Source of the DNA: an uncultured Bacilli bacterium
GTDB taxonomy: Bacteria > Bacillota_I > Bacilli_A > RF39 > UBA660
DNA: 39,248 bases
Direction of reading: 5' to 3'
NCBI GenBank assembly: GCA_947630585.1
Contig: CANRIE010000002.1
Location: 1 to 39,248, forward strand
Under the pieces are notes generated by a model. The model had not been told where the DNA came from, did no database searches, and saw only the letters and a list, made by a program, of their open reading frames with translations. Position 1 is the first letter of the stretch; each line of letters opens with the position of its first letter. Below are positions 24,828-34,283 of the stretch, piece after piece. Made by a program: the position numbers and the translations under genes.

Positions 24828-26777
24828 CTAATTTTTTTTATTATTTTCACTTGGTAACCCAATTGTATAGGCACTTTCAGGACTCATTCCATCTCCTCCA
24901 GTTATTTTAACTTCTGGTTTTAGATAAATGGATGGCCGCGTGCCATGTTGATCCGAAGAAGGGCCGGTGCTGCCGAGACTTCCATTGTTAAAGACAAAGG
25001 ACATGTTCGAGCCACTATATGGTGTTATTAACCATATATCTGCTAAGGTATCATTATAACCTTTACCTAGCATTGCCGAAAACATTTCTCCCATTCTTGG
25101 TAATCCTACTAAACCTCGCCAAGTAGTTGTTGTTTTTTCACAACTACTTGCTGGTTCTGTTGTATTGCTTGCTCTACATATTGAATTTTTAAAACTCGTA
25201 ACCTCTCCTACTTGTCCCAAATAATAAGTCCCATCTGTTATATATTTTTGAAGTTCAGTTGTTAACCATGTATTATTCAAGTAATAACCCCAATGCCACA
25301 CGTTGCCGTTTGATACTACTGTTCCATAATTTCTTATTGAATTAGAACTGGAAAAATTTTTAGTTAAGACTGTATCACCATCTCTTACATAATCGACACT
25401 TGTTAATTTGGTTATGTTATTACCCTCATCATCTTTATCTATTCCTACTATTCTATATATTTTATTATCTACTTCGACATACTCACCACTTAATCTCGTA
25501 TTGATTAAATCTCCATTATTTCCTGATTCTTTATCATCATTTATTCGATATGGATTAGTCTCACTTCCATCTCCACCTGCTACTATTCCGATATTTGATT
25601 TTAGATTTATAGATGGACGAACACCCTTTGCTCCCGAAAAGGGATTGTTATTGCTGAGATTGCCATATTCGCTGACGTACCATACATTCGAACTAACTGG
25701 TGTTATTAACCACCAATTATATCCATTTTTCAAATATCCTCTTGAAGAAATTGTATTTTTATAACTTTGATATTGTTCATACGCATTTAATAATCCTACA
25801 TCTCCAGTTACCATTGTTGTTTCAGGTATTTTCGTAGTATAACTTGTAGTTTCTGTTGCATTCCAAGAGGCATCTTTGACTATTATATTCTCATAATTAT
25901 ATAAGGTATCCTTAAAATCTTCATTTAACCATTGATATATCCAGGAAGCTTTATAGTTATCTTTATCTTTATTTTTATATATTGTATCTTCTCCCCAAGA
26001 TATTGCTGTTATTTCATCTTGGGTTATTAATTTCATGGAACCATCTGAATTAATTGCTACTATTCTCCATAGTTTTCCGGAATACCAGACATAATTGAAA
26101 TTAACACATTCGTTATCTCCTGAAAAATAGATTATATCATCACTTGGATCACTTGGGGTTCCATTATCATCTGTTAAAGTTGGAGTACATGTATCAGTTG
26201 TATGACTTGCAATTGCTTCTATTAAAGTATCTTTTAAAGGCATAGTCTTATCTAAATTTTGATTACCTTCTACTACTACTTTAGCTTTAAACTCTTTATT
26301 CATATAAGTATTATCGGCAGTTTCCATAAGCCATACTTTAACATGATATTCACTTGTTTCTCCTACTTTTAATTTACCTTCACTTTCTATATATTTATCT
26401 TCACTTAATATTTTAGGTTCAGAATAACCTTTATTATCTTTATTTACTATATATTTTATAACTGTTTTAAATTCAGGATCAGTAGATAACTCTTCAATAT
26501 AAACATTATAATTAGCAACTAAGTTACCTGTATTTTTTACTTGGAATACTAATTCTTGTTCTAAACTCTCACCTTCTTCATCAGTCATAGGATACATATT
26601 AGATAGATTTAAAAACTGAGTTTTCGAGTCCTCAAATGTAACTTCTAATGTACCTACATTAATTACATAATTATTAGTAGATTCTTTAGTATACATTAAA
26701 TAAGCATAACTAGAGCCTAGTATTAATACTAAACTTAATGTTATTATCATTATTAATAAATTTCTTTTATTATTCAT
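24828..26777 (-). CDS. Paralog 2 of the secreted/surface protein family (TasA/camelysin-like N-terminal domain plus two WLITP...RP modules)
   Basis: 649 aa. The N-terminus GSSYAYLMYTKESTNNYVINVGTLEVTF...LNLSNMYP...VFQVKNTGNL parallels the TasA/CalY pattern. The C-terminal two thirds are collinear with paralog 1, including a 56-nt block with a single mismatch (26049-26104 versus 16436-16491). Confidence 0.8.
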   Translation of the reverse strand: MNNKRNLLIMIITLSLVLILGSSYAYLMYTKESTNNYVINVGTLEVTFEDSKTQFLNLSNMYPMTDEEGESLEQELVFQVKNTGNLVANYNVYIEELSTDPEFKTVIKYIVNKDNKGYSEPKILSEDKYIESEGKLKVGETSEYHVKVWLMETADNTYMNKEFKAKVVVEGNQNLDKTMPLKDTLIEAIASHTTDTCTPTLTDDNGTPSDPSDDIIYFSGDNECVNFNYVWYSGKLWRIVAINSDGSMKLITQDEITAISWGEDTIYKNKDKDNYKASWIYQWLNEDFKDTLYNYENIIVKDASWNATETTSYTTKIPETTMVTGDVGLLNAYEQYQSYKNTISSRGYLKNGYNWWLITPVSSNVWYVSEYGNLSNNNPFSGAKGVRPSINLKSNIGIVAGGDGSETNPYRINDDKESGNNGDLINTRLSGEYVEVDNKIYRIVGIDKDDEGNNITKLTSVDYVRDGDTVLTKNFSSSNSIRNYGTVVSNGNVWHWGYYLNNTWLTTELQKYITDGTYYLGQVGEVTSFKNSICRASNTTEPASSCEKTTTTWRGLVGLPRMGEMFSAMLGKGYNDTLADIWLITPYSGSNMSFVFNNGSLGSTGPSSDQHGTRPSIYLKPEVKITGGDGMSPESAYTIGLPSENNKKN

Positions 26778-26804
26778 ATTCTTTTACTCCTCTATTCTAT
26801 TTAT

Positions 26805-26833
26805 ATTTTAACATATTATGTCCCGTTTTACAA
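26805..26833 (-). promoter_or_regulatory. Putative gene-proximal promoter of paralog 2
   Basis: On the minus strand, TTGTAA, a 17-nt spacer and TAAAAT with TGt (extended -10), matching the position in paralog 1. Confidence 0.4.
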
Positions 26834-26842
26834 ATCAAAATT

Positions 26843-26891
26843 AAAAAGACATATAAAACCTAGTAGTATTATTCTACCAGTTTTATATGTC
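26843..26891 (-). terminator. Intrinsic terminator inside the upstream cassette of paralog 2
   Basis: The stem GACATATAAAAC / GTTTTATATGTC is identical to the 17266-17306 stem. TTTTT follows on the minus strand. Confidence 0.7.
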
Positions 26892-26918
26892 GAAAATTAT
26901 CATTAATTGTAATTTTAA

Positions 26919-26999
26919 TTAGATGATTTTTTGATACACCCCCCCCGTAGTTATCAAATTGTTAACATATTTATTTGATACAAAAATCATTTTTAACAT
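26919..26999 (-). CDS. Conserved 26-codon sORF containing a G8 tract (MLKMIFVSNKYVNNLITTGGVYQKII)
   Basis: The AAAGGTAGGTGA RBS lies 5 nt upstream of the ATG. The homopolymer at 26939-26946 encodes Gly-Gly. The peptide is collinear with the sORFs at 17340-17414 and 38138-38209. Confidence 0.6.
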   Translation of the reverse strand: MLKMIFVSNKYVNNLITTGGVYQKII

Positions 27000-27027
27000 G
27001 AGGGTCACCTACCTTTAATCTATTAAC

Positions 27028-27036
27028 ATGATATCA
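27028..27036 (-). promoter_or_regulatory. Extended -10 element TGATATCAT of the sORF cassette (paralog 2)
   Basis: This is the same TGATATCAT element, at the same distance from the sORF RBS, as in paralog 1. The -35 is poor (TTTCCA). Confidence 0.35.
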
Positions 27037-27096
27037 TATTATTTCAAAAATGGAAAGAGAAAAAATAATTAAATTGACAAATTCATGTCAACTTAA

Positions 27097-28569
27097 TTAT
27101 TTATCTTCTGGTCTCATAAGTGGGAATAAGATATTATCTTTAATATTTTCAACTCCTGTTAATACTTGTAATACTCTATCGATTCCCATACCCCATCCTG
27201 ATATAGGTGGCATACCATATTCCATAGCATTAATATAATCGTAATCCATCATCATAGCGTCTGCATCACCCTGAGCTTTAAGTTCAGCTTGATGTAATAA
27301 TCTTGCCTCTTGGTCAATTGGATCAACAAGTTCTGAATAAGCATTAATAATTTCAGCTCCATTGATAACTAATTGGAATCTATCTGTTAAAGTTTTATCA
27401 TCATCATTTGCTCTTGCTAAAGGTGATAATTCAATTGGATGTTCAACTAAGAATACTGGTTCAATTAAATGAGGCCGAGCAACTTTCTTATATAAAGCAT
27501 CAACTAAATTACCATATCCTAAATCTTCAATGTTATCTTCAGTTTCAAACTTAATATCTTTATCTTTAATAGCATTCAATAAATCTTCTTTCGTAGTAAC
27601 TTCTCGAATATCAATATCAGCATATTTTAAAATTAAATCCCGGAATGATACTGATTCCCATTTTTTAGATAAATCAACTTCTTTATCATTAATAGTTATT
27701 TTTAAAGTTCCAAAAACTTTTTCAATAACTGTTTTTAACATATCTTCAAGGAAAACCATATTATCTTTATAGTTATAATAAGCAGCATATCCTTCAACCA
27801 TTGTAAAGTCTTGTAAGTGAGTGGCATCAATTCCTTCATTTCTAAAACATCTTGCAAATTCAAATACTTTTGTAAATCCTCCAACAACGGCTCTTTTTAA
27901 ATAAGTTTCAGGTGCAATTCTTAAATAAACATCAATATCAAGAGCATTATGATGAGCAACGAATGGTCTTGCGCTTGCACCACTGGCTTTATTAGATAAA
28001 ACAGGAGTTTCAATCTCAATATAGCCTCTATCTTCTAGGTATCTTCTCATCTCTTTAATAAATTGATATTTAAGTAAAAATCTTTTTCTAGTTTCTTCAT
28101 TCATGATTAAATCAAGATAACGATTTCTGTAACAAATTTCAGGATCAGTTACCCCATGGAATTTTTCAGGAAGCGGTTTTAAAGCTTTTCCTAAGAAAGT
28201 AAAATCACTGCAACGTAAAGTCTTTTCTCCCGTTTGAGTTGTAAATATCTCTCCACTTGCTCCAATAAAATCTCCAACATCAATTAAAGTCTTAAAGAAA
28301 TTATATTTTTCTTCTCCTACCATATCTATTTTAATTGATAATTGTAAATCTCCTTCTAAATCTCTTATTTTAAGAAAACTCATTTTCCCCATTTTTCGCA
28401 TGAAAACAATTCTACCTGCCACTTTAACATCTTTTGTCTCATCAGGTAAAACACTTGCTTCTTTTAAAGTATAATTAGTTTCATATTTTTCAGGATAAGG
28501 ATTACAATATTTTCTAATTTCATCAACTTTTCCTCTTCTAACCATTTCTTGTTCTGTAAATTCTCTCAT
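27097..28569 (-). CDS. lysS: Lysine--tRNA ligase (class II)
   Basis: Signatures present are FMRKMGKMSFLKIRDLEGDLQL, RYLDLIMNEETRKRF, CFRNEGIDATHLQDFTMVE and GWGMGIDR. The start is taken at MREFTEQE after the GGAGG RBS; the longer ORF-track start overlaps trmL. Confidence 0.93.
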   Translation of the reverse strand: MREFTEQEMVRRGKVDEIRKYCNPYPEKYETNYTLKEASVLPDETKDVKVAGRIVFMRKMGKMSFLKIRDLEGDLQLSIKIDMVGEEKYNFFKTLIDVGDFIGASGEIFTTQTGEKTLRCSDFTFLGKALKPLPEKFHGVTDPEICYRNRYLDLIMNEETRKRFLLKYQFIKEMRRYLEDRGYIEIETPVLSNKASGASARPFVAHHNALDIDVYLRIAPETYLKRAVVGGFTKVFEFARCFRNEGIDATHLQDFTMVEGYAAYYNYKDNMVFLEDMLKTVIEKVFGTLKITINDKEVDLSKKWESVSFRDLILKYADIDIREVTTKEDLLNAIKDKDIKFETEDNIEDLGYGNLVDALYKKVARPHLIEPVFLVEHPIELSPLARANDDDKTLTDRFQLVINGAEIINAYSELVDPIDQEARLLHQAELKAQGDADAMMMDYDYINAMEYGMPPISGWGMGIDRVLQVLTGVENIKDNILFPLMRPEDK

Positions 28570-28619
28570 AATAACCTCCAAAATTTCTAAGTAAATAATA
28601 TCATTAAAGTTACTACTTG

Positions 28620-29156
28620 TCAATCATGTTTTTCAATTCCATCAATGATATAATCTTCACTTTTATGTGGTTCAACCCTTAATAAATCTAAATAATCAAG
28701 TTGTCTTAACACTTCATAAACAACAATTGCACAGCAATTTGATAAGTTTAAACTTCTTACATTCTTAGTCATTGGTATTCGCATACAATGATCTAAATCT
28801 TTTTGTAATATCTCTCGTGGAATGCCAGTTGATTCTTTCCCAAAAATTAAATAGATATCACCTTCAAGATAACTTTTCTTATAATCAAAACTAGTATGAG
28901 GCTTCTTACCATATCTTGTAAAATAATAATAAGTTCCTTTATTTTTACTTTTAAATTCTCGAAAATCTTTATAAACATAATATTCCAACTTATCAATATA
29001 ATTAACTCCACTTCTTTTAATACTAGCAGAATCTAATTTAAAACCTAAAGGTTCAATTAAATGTAATCTTGTATTAGTTGCAACACAAGTTCTCATAATA
29101 TTTCCTGTATTAGTTGGAATCTCAGGTTCATATAAAACTATATTTATCACAAACAT
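28620..29156 (-). CDS. trmL: tRNA (cytidine(34)-2'-O)-methyltransferase, SpoU/TrmL family
   Basis: IVLYEPEIPTNTGNIMRTC...LHLIEPLGF...LIFGKESTGIP...MRIPM...RSLNLSN is the typical TrmL signature. The start codon is ambiguous (ATG at 29156 or GTG at 29159). Confidence 0.8.
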   Translation of the reverse strand: MFVINIVLYEPEIPTNTGNIMRTCVATNTRLHLIEPLGFKLDSASIKRSGVNYIDKLEYYVYKDFREFKSKNKGTYYYFTRYGKKPHTSFDYKKSYLEGDIYLIFGKESTGIPREILQKDLDHCMRIPMTKNVRSLNLSNCCAIVVYEVLRQLDYLDLLRVEPHKSEDYIIDGIEKHD

Positions 29157-29217
29157 CACCAGAAAAAATTATAACGTAATTAAAGTAAAAAAGCAAGAAT
29201 TAACGAGATTCTCGCTT

Positions 29218-30132
29218 TTACATTTCCATAATAAACGTTAAAAAACAAATATTTGGTAGTTGTTTACCACTTTTAATATCAATATCTAGTATAGATAACT
29301 TATAAAGTAATTTTAAAAGTTCCTTTTTACTATAATTAAGTCCCTTCCCTCTTGCTAACTTAACCGGATACTCTTTAACTCCTAATATCTCACTTATTCT
29401 AGCATCACTTAAATTAGCTAAAACTTTAACATTATAAATTAATCTAATTTGATTACTTAAAATAACTAATATTTGAAATATTTCAGTTCCAGTTTCTATA
29501 AAATGATTATAAAGATTATAACTTTTCTTTTTATCTTTTTTAATAATTGCATCAATTAAATCAAAGATAGTATTTTCAATTGTTTCTCTAGTTATTAAAT
29601 CAATATCTTCTTTTTTTATAACTTTATCATCTAATTTATACATCTTTAATTTATTAAGTTCCATTTGAACATTATTTAAATCATGTCCTACTTTACTTAA
29701 GAAATAATTTAAAGTAACCATATCCATCTTATAATCTTCTAAATTATCTTTAATAAAACTTTCTAAATTAGTATCACTTATTTTAATTATTTTAAAATAT
29801 TTACTAATCATTTTAACTATCTTTAAAACATTATTTATTTTAGGTGTTACTAATATTAGAATATTATCACTTGGATTATCAAGATATTTTAAGAATCCTT
29901 CAAGATTAAAATCATCATCTTTTTGACTTAAAAACAAAGGGTTATTTCCAACAACAACTTTCATTTGACTAAACAAGCCATAAGTATCTAAAGCCTCTAT
30001 AATATCATCTATCGTATTAGTTTCTAAATCATATTTAATTAAATCATATTCTTTTATATTCTTAGTTATTTTAGCAATCTCTTTCTCAATTAAAGTATTA
30101 TTAGTGCCTTCAATTATATACAACTTATCCAT
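29218..30132 (-). CDS. holA: DNA polymerase III subunit delta (HolA-like)
   Basis: The 304-aa size, helical C-terminus, clamp-loader delta N-terminal pattern (YIIEG...LIEKEI..., GLFSQMKVVV, ILILV) and a position common for holA support the call. It rests on weak sequence memory only. Confidence 0.6.
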   Translation of the reverse strand: MDKLYIIEGTNNTLIEKEIAKITKNIKEYDLIKYDLETNTIDDIIEALDTYGLFSQMKVVVGNNPLFLSQKDDDFNLEGFLKYLDNPSDNILILVTPKINNVLKIVKMISKYFKIIKISDTNLESFIKDNLEDYKMDMVTLNYFLSKVGHDLNNVQMELNKLKMYKLDDKVIKKEDIDLITRETIENTIFDLIDAIIKKDKKKSYNLYNHFIETGTEIFQILVILSNQIRLIYNVKVLANLSDARISEILGVKEYPVKLARGKGLNYSKKELLKLLYKLSILDIDIKSGKQLPNICFLTFIMEM

Positions 30133-30134
30133 TC

Positions 30135-32813
30135 TTAAATACCGTTTTTAACACACTCAAAAGCATCATCTAATTTATCTATTAAAGTACCAGAGCCTTG
30201 TGCAAATTTTATACTTCCGCCACCATTACCATTAGTTAGGCTTGTTACTTTCTTAATGATACTTGAGGCATCAATTCTTGAGTTACTTCTTGCAATAAAG
30301 GTTATTTTATCATTAATCATATTAGCAACTAATATAAATATATCTTCATATTTATTAGCAAGAGTATCTAAAATATTTTTTAAAGTATTATTATCTTCAT
30401 TACTAACTTTTAATAATAATAACTTAATATCTTTAATAGTTTCTATTTTTTCTTCATAACTTGAAATATCTAAAGTAATATTTTCTGTTTTCATCTTTTG
30501 ATATTTTTTCTCGAATTCTCTAACCTCTTTAGAAACTTCTAAATCTTTTTGTTTAAGTTCAACTAAATCTTTATAAGAATCTACTTTAGGTGCTATATAT
30601 TTAATATTTAAATTAAGTTTTAAATTATCTCGTTTAGCCATTAGATTTATATCTTTAGCTTTCATAATATTTTTAACAATATTATCATTATAAGGAGCAG
30701 CTACTTTTAACATAGCATCTTCTATTTTTTCTCTTGTAACACCAGTTATTCTCCAAGTATTACTTCCTTTATTTTCTAAAGATGTAATTGCAAACTTTTT
30801 AATATCTTTAGTGTTTTTAACGTGACACCCTCCACATAACTCATGAGAGTCTCCAATTGTTACAAGTCTTACTTTATCTTTATATTTGTCTGTAAATAAA
30901 GCCATTACTTCATCCTTATTAATATCTTTATAGTCTTTTAATTCAGTTACTCTATCAATTGACTTTTTGATATAATCATTAACAAATTCTTCTACTTTGA
31001 TTAACTCAGAATCACTTATTTTACCACGGTAATTAAAGTCAAATCGCATATAAGAATCTGCTACATAACTTCCTGCTTGATGAATATCTTTATCAATTAA
31101 AGTTTGAAGAGCAAGTTGTAAAATATGAACAGTTGAGTGATTTGCTTCAATATTAATCCGTCTTTCTTTATCAACTAATAAATCAAATTCCATACCTTCT
31201 TCAATTTTTCCACTTAAGACTTTAATTTTATGAATATGTTGTCCATTAGGTGCTTTAAAAACATCTAAAACTCTGGCTTTTGCTTTATCACTGATAATCA
31301 TTCCCGTATCGCTTATCTCGCCACCAGATTCTGCATAAAAGATAGTTTTATCAAAGACAATATAGCCATCTTTACTTAAACTTGAAACTAACTTATCATT
31401 TTTAATTAAACTAATAGCTTTACCCTTTAATTCATAAGCCTCATAAATAAACTCTGATTTTTCTTTATAATTAAGTAAAAATTCATTTTGATTTTGCATT
31501 GATTCATTTTCTTTTCTAGCATTTTTAGATAATTCTTTTTGTTTCTCCATACATTTATCGAATTCACTTCTACTTGTTGTGAATCCTGCTTCTTCTAAAT
31601 ATTCAAGAGTTAATTCAAATGGAAAACCATAAGTATCATAAAGTTTAAAAGCATCATTTCCACTTATTGTATTATCAATTGATAAATCCATTAATTCAGC
31701 TAATTTCTTTTCACCATTATCAAGAGTTTTTAAGAATAATTCTTCTTCTTCTTTAATTAATTCTTTAACCAATTCTTTCTTTTCTTTTAAATAAGGATAC
31801 ACATCTTCCATATTAGCAACAACTGAATCAACTAGTTTATACATAAATGTTCCTTTTAGCCCTAGTTTACGACCATATCTAACACTTCTTCTTAATAAAC
31901 GTCTTATAATATATCCTCGTCCAACATTATCAAAAGATGCTCCATCTGCAAGTGAGAATGTTAAGGCTCTTATATGGTCTGCCATTACTTTATATGGCAT
32001 TGAACCATCATAAATAGTTCCACTTAATTCTTCAATTTGATTTATAATTGGTAAGAATAAATCTGTATCAAAGTTGCTATCAGCATCTTGAAATATACAA
32101 GCCCATCTTTCAAGACCTGCTCCAGTATCAATATTTTTACTAGGTAGTTCTTTGTACTCGCATCTTTCTACTCCTTCTTTAGAGTTAAATTGACTAAAGA
32201 CATTATTCCAAATTTCTACGTAACGCTCGTTATCTTCACCTTTTGTAAAGTGTTCTAAAGCCTTCCCATCATAATCATATTTTTCTCCTCTATCAAAGAA
32301 AATCTCACTATCAGGTCCACAAGGTCCTTCTCCTATCTCCCAAAAGTTATCTTCAAGTTTAACAATATGACTAACTGGTACCCCTAAACTTTTCCATTTA
32401 TTAAACGTAAACTCATCATCTGGATAAACTGTAAAATATAGTTTCTCAATTGGAATATTAAACCACTTATCACTTGTTAATAATTCAATTACAAATTCAC
32501 AAGCTTCATTTTTAAAATAATCTCCAATTGAAAAATTACCCATCATTTCAAAGAAAGTATGATGTCTCCTTGTTACTCCAACATTTTCAATATCATTAGT
32601 TCTAATACATTTTTGAATATTAGTAATTCTTCTTGATTCTGGCACAACACTACCATCAAAGTATTTCTTTAATGGTGTAACTCCCGCATTAATCCATAAC
32701 AAAGAATCATCATCTTTAGGTATTAATGGAGCTGATGCAACAACCTTATGTCCTTTACTTACAAAATAATCTAACCACATTTTTCTAATTTCTTTACTTG
32801 TCATTTTTTTCAT
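30135..32813 (-). CDS. alaS: Alanine--tRNA ligase
   Basis: The sequence includes MTSKEIRKMWLDYFVSKGH...SAPLIP.DD.SLLWINAGV, FFEMMGNFSIGDYFK and HSTVHIL...CGGCHV (editing-domain Zn motif). The C-terminus is DHHA1-like with GNGGGS. The start overlaps the cmk stop (ATGA). Confidence 0.95.
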   Translation of the reverse strand: MKKMTSKEIRKMWLDYFVSKGHKVVASAPLIPKDDDSLLWINAGVTPLKKYFDGSVVPESRRITNIQKCIRTNDIENVGVTRRHHTFFEMMGNFSIGDYFKNEACEFVIELLTSDKWFNIPIEKLYFTVYPDDEFTFNKWKSLGVPVSHIVKLEDNFWEIGEGPCGPDSEIFFDRGEKYDYDGKALEHFTKGEDNERYVEIWNNVFSQFNSKEGVERCEYKELPSKNIDTGAGLERWACIFQDADSNFDTDLFLPIINQIEELSGTIYDGSMPYKVMADHIRALTFSLADGASFDNVGRGYIIRRLLRRSVRYGRKLGLKGTFMYKLVDSVVANMEDVYPYLKEKKELVKELIKEEEELFLKTLDNGEKKLAELMDLSIDNTISGNDAFKLYDTYGFPFELTLEYLEEAGFTTSRSEFDKCMEKQKELSKNARKENESMQNQNEFLLNYKEKSEFIYEAYELKGKAISLIKNDKLVSSLSKDGYIVFDKTIFYAESGGEISDTGMIISDKAKARVLDVFKAPNGQHIHKIKVLSGKIEEGMEFDLLVDKERRINIEANHSTVHILQLALQTLIDKDIHQAGSYVADSYMRFDFNYRGKISDSELIKVEEFVNDYIKKSIDRVTELKDYKDINKDEVMALFTDKYKDKVRLVTIGDSHELCGGCHVKNTKDIKKFAITSLENKGSNTWRITGVTREKIEDAMLKVAAPYNDNIVKNIMKAKDINLMAKRDNLKLNLNIKYIAPKVDSYKDLVELKQKDLEVSKEVREFEKKYQKMKTENITLDISSYEEKIETIKDIKLLLLKVSNEDNNTLKNILDTLANKYEDIFILVANMINDKITFIARSNSRIDASSIIKKVTSLTNGNGGGSIKFAQGSGTLIDKLDDAFECVKNGI

Positions 32814-33484
32814 AATTCAATTCCCCTATCTTTACATAAATTTAATATTTTATTAATTACTTCTTCTATTTCCATATTAGTTGTATCAATTAAAATAGCA
32901 TCACTCGCTTGTTTTAAGGGACTAACACTTCTATTCATATCCCTATAGTCTCTTTCTTCAATATCTTTTTTAATATCTTCTAAATTAACCTTCATACCCT
33001 TTTTAGTTTGTTCAAGATATCGCCTTTTAGCACGTTCTTCGACACTTGCTGTTAAATAAACTTTCAAGTTAGCATTAGGTAATACTACTGTTCCTATATC
33101 TCTTCCATCCATAACAACACTATTTTTCAAAGCCATTTCTTGTTGTAACTCAACCATTTTTTCTCGAACATGCGTATAAACACTTACTTTACTTGCTCCT
33201 CTACTTGCTTCTTCTGTTCGAATATCAAGACTTATATCTTCATTATTTAAATATATTTTATTTTCACCATCTATATTTTTCATTTCAATTTTAACTAATG
33301 AAACTTTACTATTAACTAATTCTTCATCATCAAGTGATAACCCATTATTTAAATAATATAATCCAAACGCTCGATACATAGCTCCCGTATCAATATAAAT
33401 AAATCCTAATCTTTTAGCAATTTCTTTAGCAACTGTACTTTTTCCGGCACCTGCAGGTCCATCAATTGCAATACTATAATTCAT
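32810..33484 (-). CDS. cmk: Cytidylate kinase
   Basis: The start is taken at MNYSIAIDGPAGAGKSTVAK after the GAGAGGAG RBS. The 20 extra codons of the ORF-track version lie across the T-box terminator. Confidence 0.9.
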   Translation of the reverse strand: MNYSIAIDGPAGAGKSTVAKEIAKRLGFIYIDTGAMYRAFGLYYLNNGLSLDDEELVNSKVSLVKIEMKNIDGENKIYLNNEDISLDIRTEEASRGASKVSVYTHVREKMVELQQEMALKNSVVMDGRDIGTVVLPNANLKVYLTASVEERAKRRYLEQTKKGMKVNLEDIKKDIEERDYRDMNRSVSPLKQASDAILIDTTNMEIEEVINKILNLCKDRGIEL

Positions 33485-33494
33485 AATAATTACT

Positions 33495-33790
33495 CCTCTC
33501 ATAAAAAAGACCAACCTAGGAGTGAGAAAATCCCACGTTACCATCCTACTTTGGTCTTAATTTTTATAACGGTATCCCGAAATCCTAAATAAGCAGCCTT
33601 TCATATTAACAAACTATTAAGTCCCATCAACCCTTAACTTTCTTTAAATTCATTAATATTACTTCGAATATTTAATAGATTTTAAAATTACAAGAATTAT
33701 TCTATCACAAAACTCTATTAAATGCTACTATTTTTTTATTTTTTTTACTTGAATTATTTTCAAAGTAATAAAATCTATCATTTTAATTTT
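33495..33790 (-). promoter_or_regulatory. T-box riboswitch leader with probable Ala (GCU) specifier, controlling cmk-alaS
   Basis: On the minus strand, the T-box sequence AAAGUAGGAUGGUAACGUGGGA (33531-33553) contains a UGGU bulge that could pair with an ACCA 3' end. The terminator AAGACCAA...UUGGUCUU plus U-run (33503-33558) lies directly upstream of the cmk RBS. A specifier-loop-like UGAAAG-GCU-G has its codon at 33595-33597. Confidence 0.7.
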
Positions 33791-33798
33791 CTAGGAAT

Positions 33799-33827
33799 TT
33801 TATATAATTTTTCCTAGAAAATGTCAA
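33799..33827 (-). promoter_or_regulatory. Sigma-A promoter for the T-box/cmk-alaS transcript
   Basis: On the minus strand, TTGACA, exactly 17 nt and TATAAA. The inverted repeat TTTCTAGGA/TCCTAGAAA (33788-33820) flanks the -10 hexamer and its upstream arm fills most of the spacer. Confidence 0.6.
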
Positions 33828-33905
33828 TTTTTATTTTAAACATTATATTATACAAAGTATCAAAAAGTCCATATTAAAACTAGAGATGTCTCTAGTTTAA
33901 CAAAT

Positions 33906-34157
33906 TTATTTAATTATATAATCTAATATTTTTAATATTAAATTAATCTTATAATAATAATTATATTTATTATCTATAACATTATATAATTTAATATCTA
34001 ATCCATCTAATATTAAATAATTAATATTATTAATACCAAATAAATTAAATATATCTAAATCCTCATCAAAACTTACTAACTTATCTTTATTTTTAATTAA
34101 GATAAGATAATCTTTATATAAATTCTTACAAAATATAAATCTTTTATATTTACTCAT
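33906..34157 (-). CDS. Small hypothetical protein downstream of the DGR TR (possible second MutS-domain-I-like accessory)
   Basis: An 83-codon ORF is long for chance in such AT-rich DNA. No clear RBS is present. The segment LILIKNKDKLVSFDEDLDIFNLFGI loosely resembles the GDFYE-F--DA----LGI core of MutS domain I. A hairpin AAACTAGAGA/TCTCTAGTTT follows the stop. Confidence 0.4.
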   Translation of the reverse strand: MSKYKRFIFCKNLYKDYLILIKNKDKLVSFDEDLDIFNLFGINNINYLILDGLDIKLYNVIDNKYNYYYKINLILKILDYIIK

Positions 34158-34283
34158 ATAGTTCTAAACTTAAGTACGTATACTTAAGTTATCTATACCT
34201 TTCTTCTGATAAACTCAAGGATAGGATTGTCCTTTACACGATTAATATTAAACCTTAATCTAATATTCAAGTAATAAAGGTCT

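Noticed and set aside
33485-33544. The 20-codon N-terminal extension of cmk given in the ORF track. The same applies to the extended starts of lysS at 28570-28623 and of the esx-like gene at 8531-8563.
   Set aside because: The extensions lack an RBS and run through a T-box terminator (cmk), the trmL 3' end (lysS) or the RBS region (esx). The internal ATGs have good Shine-Dalgarno sequences and match conserved family N-termini.
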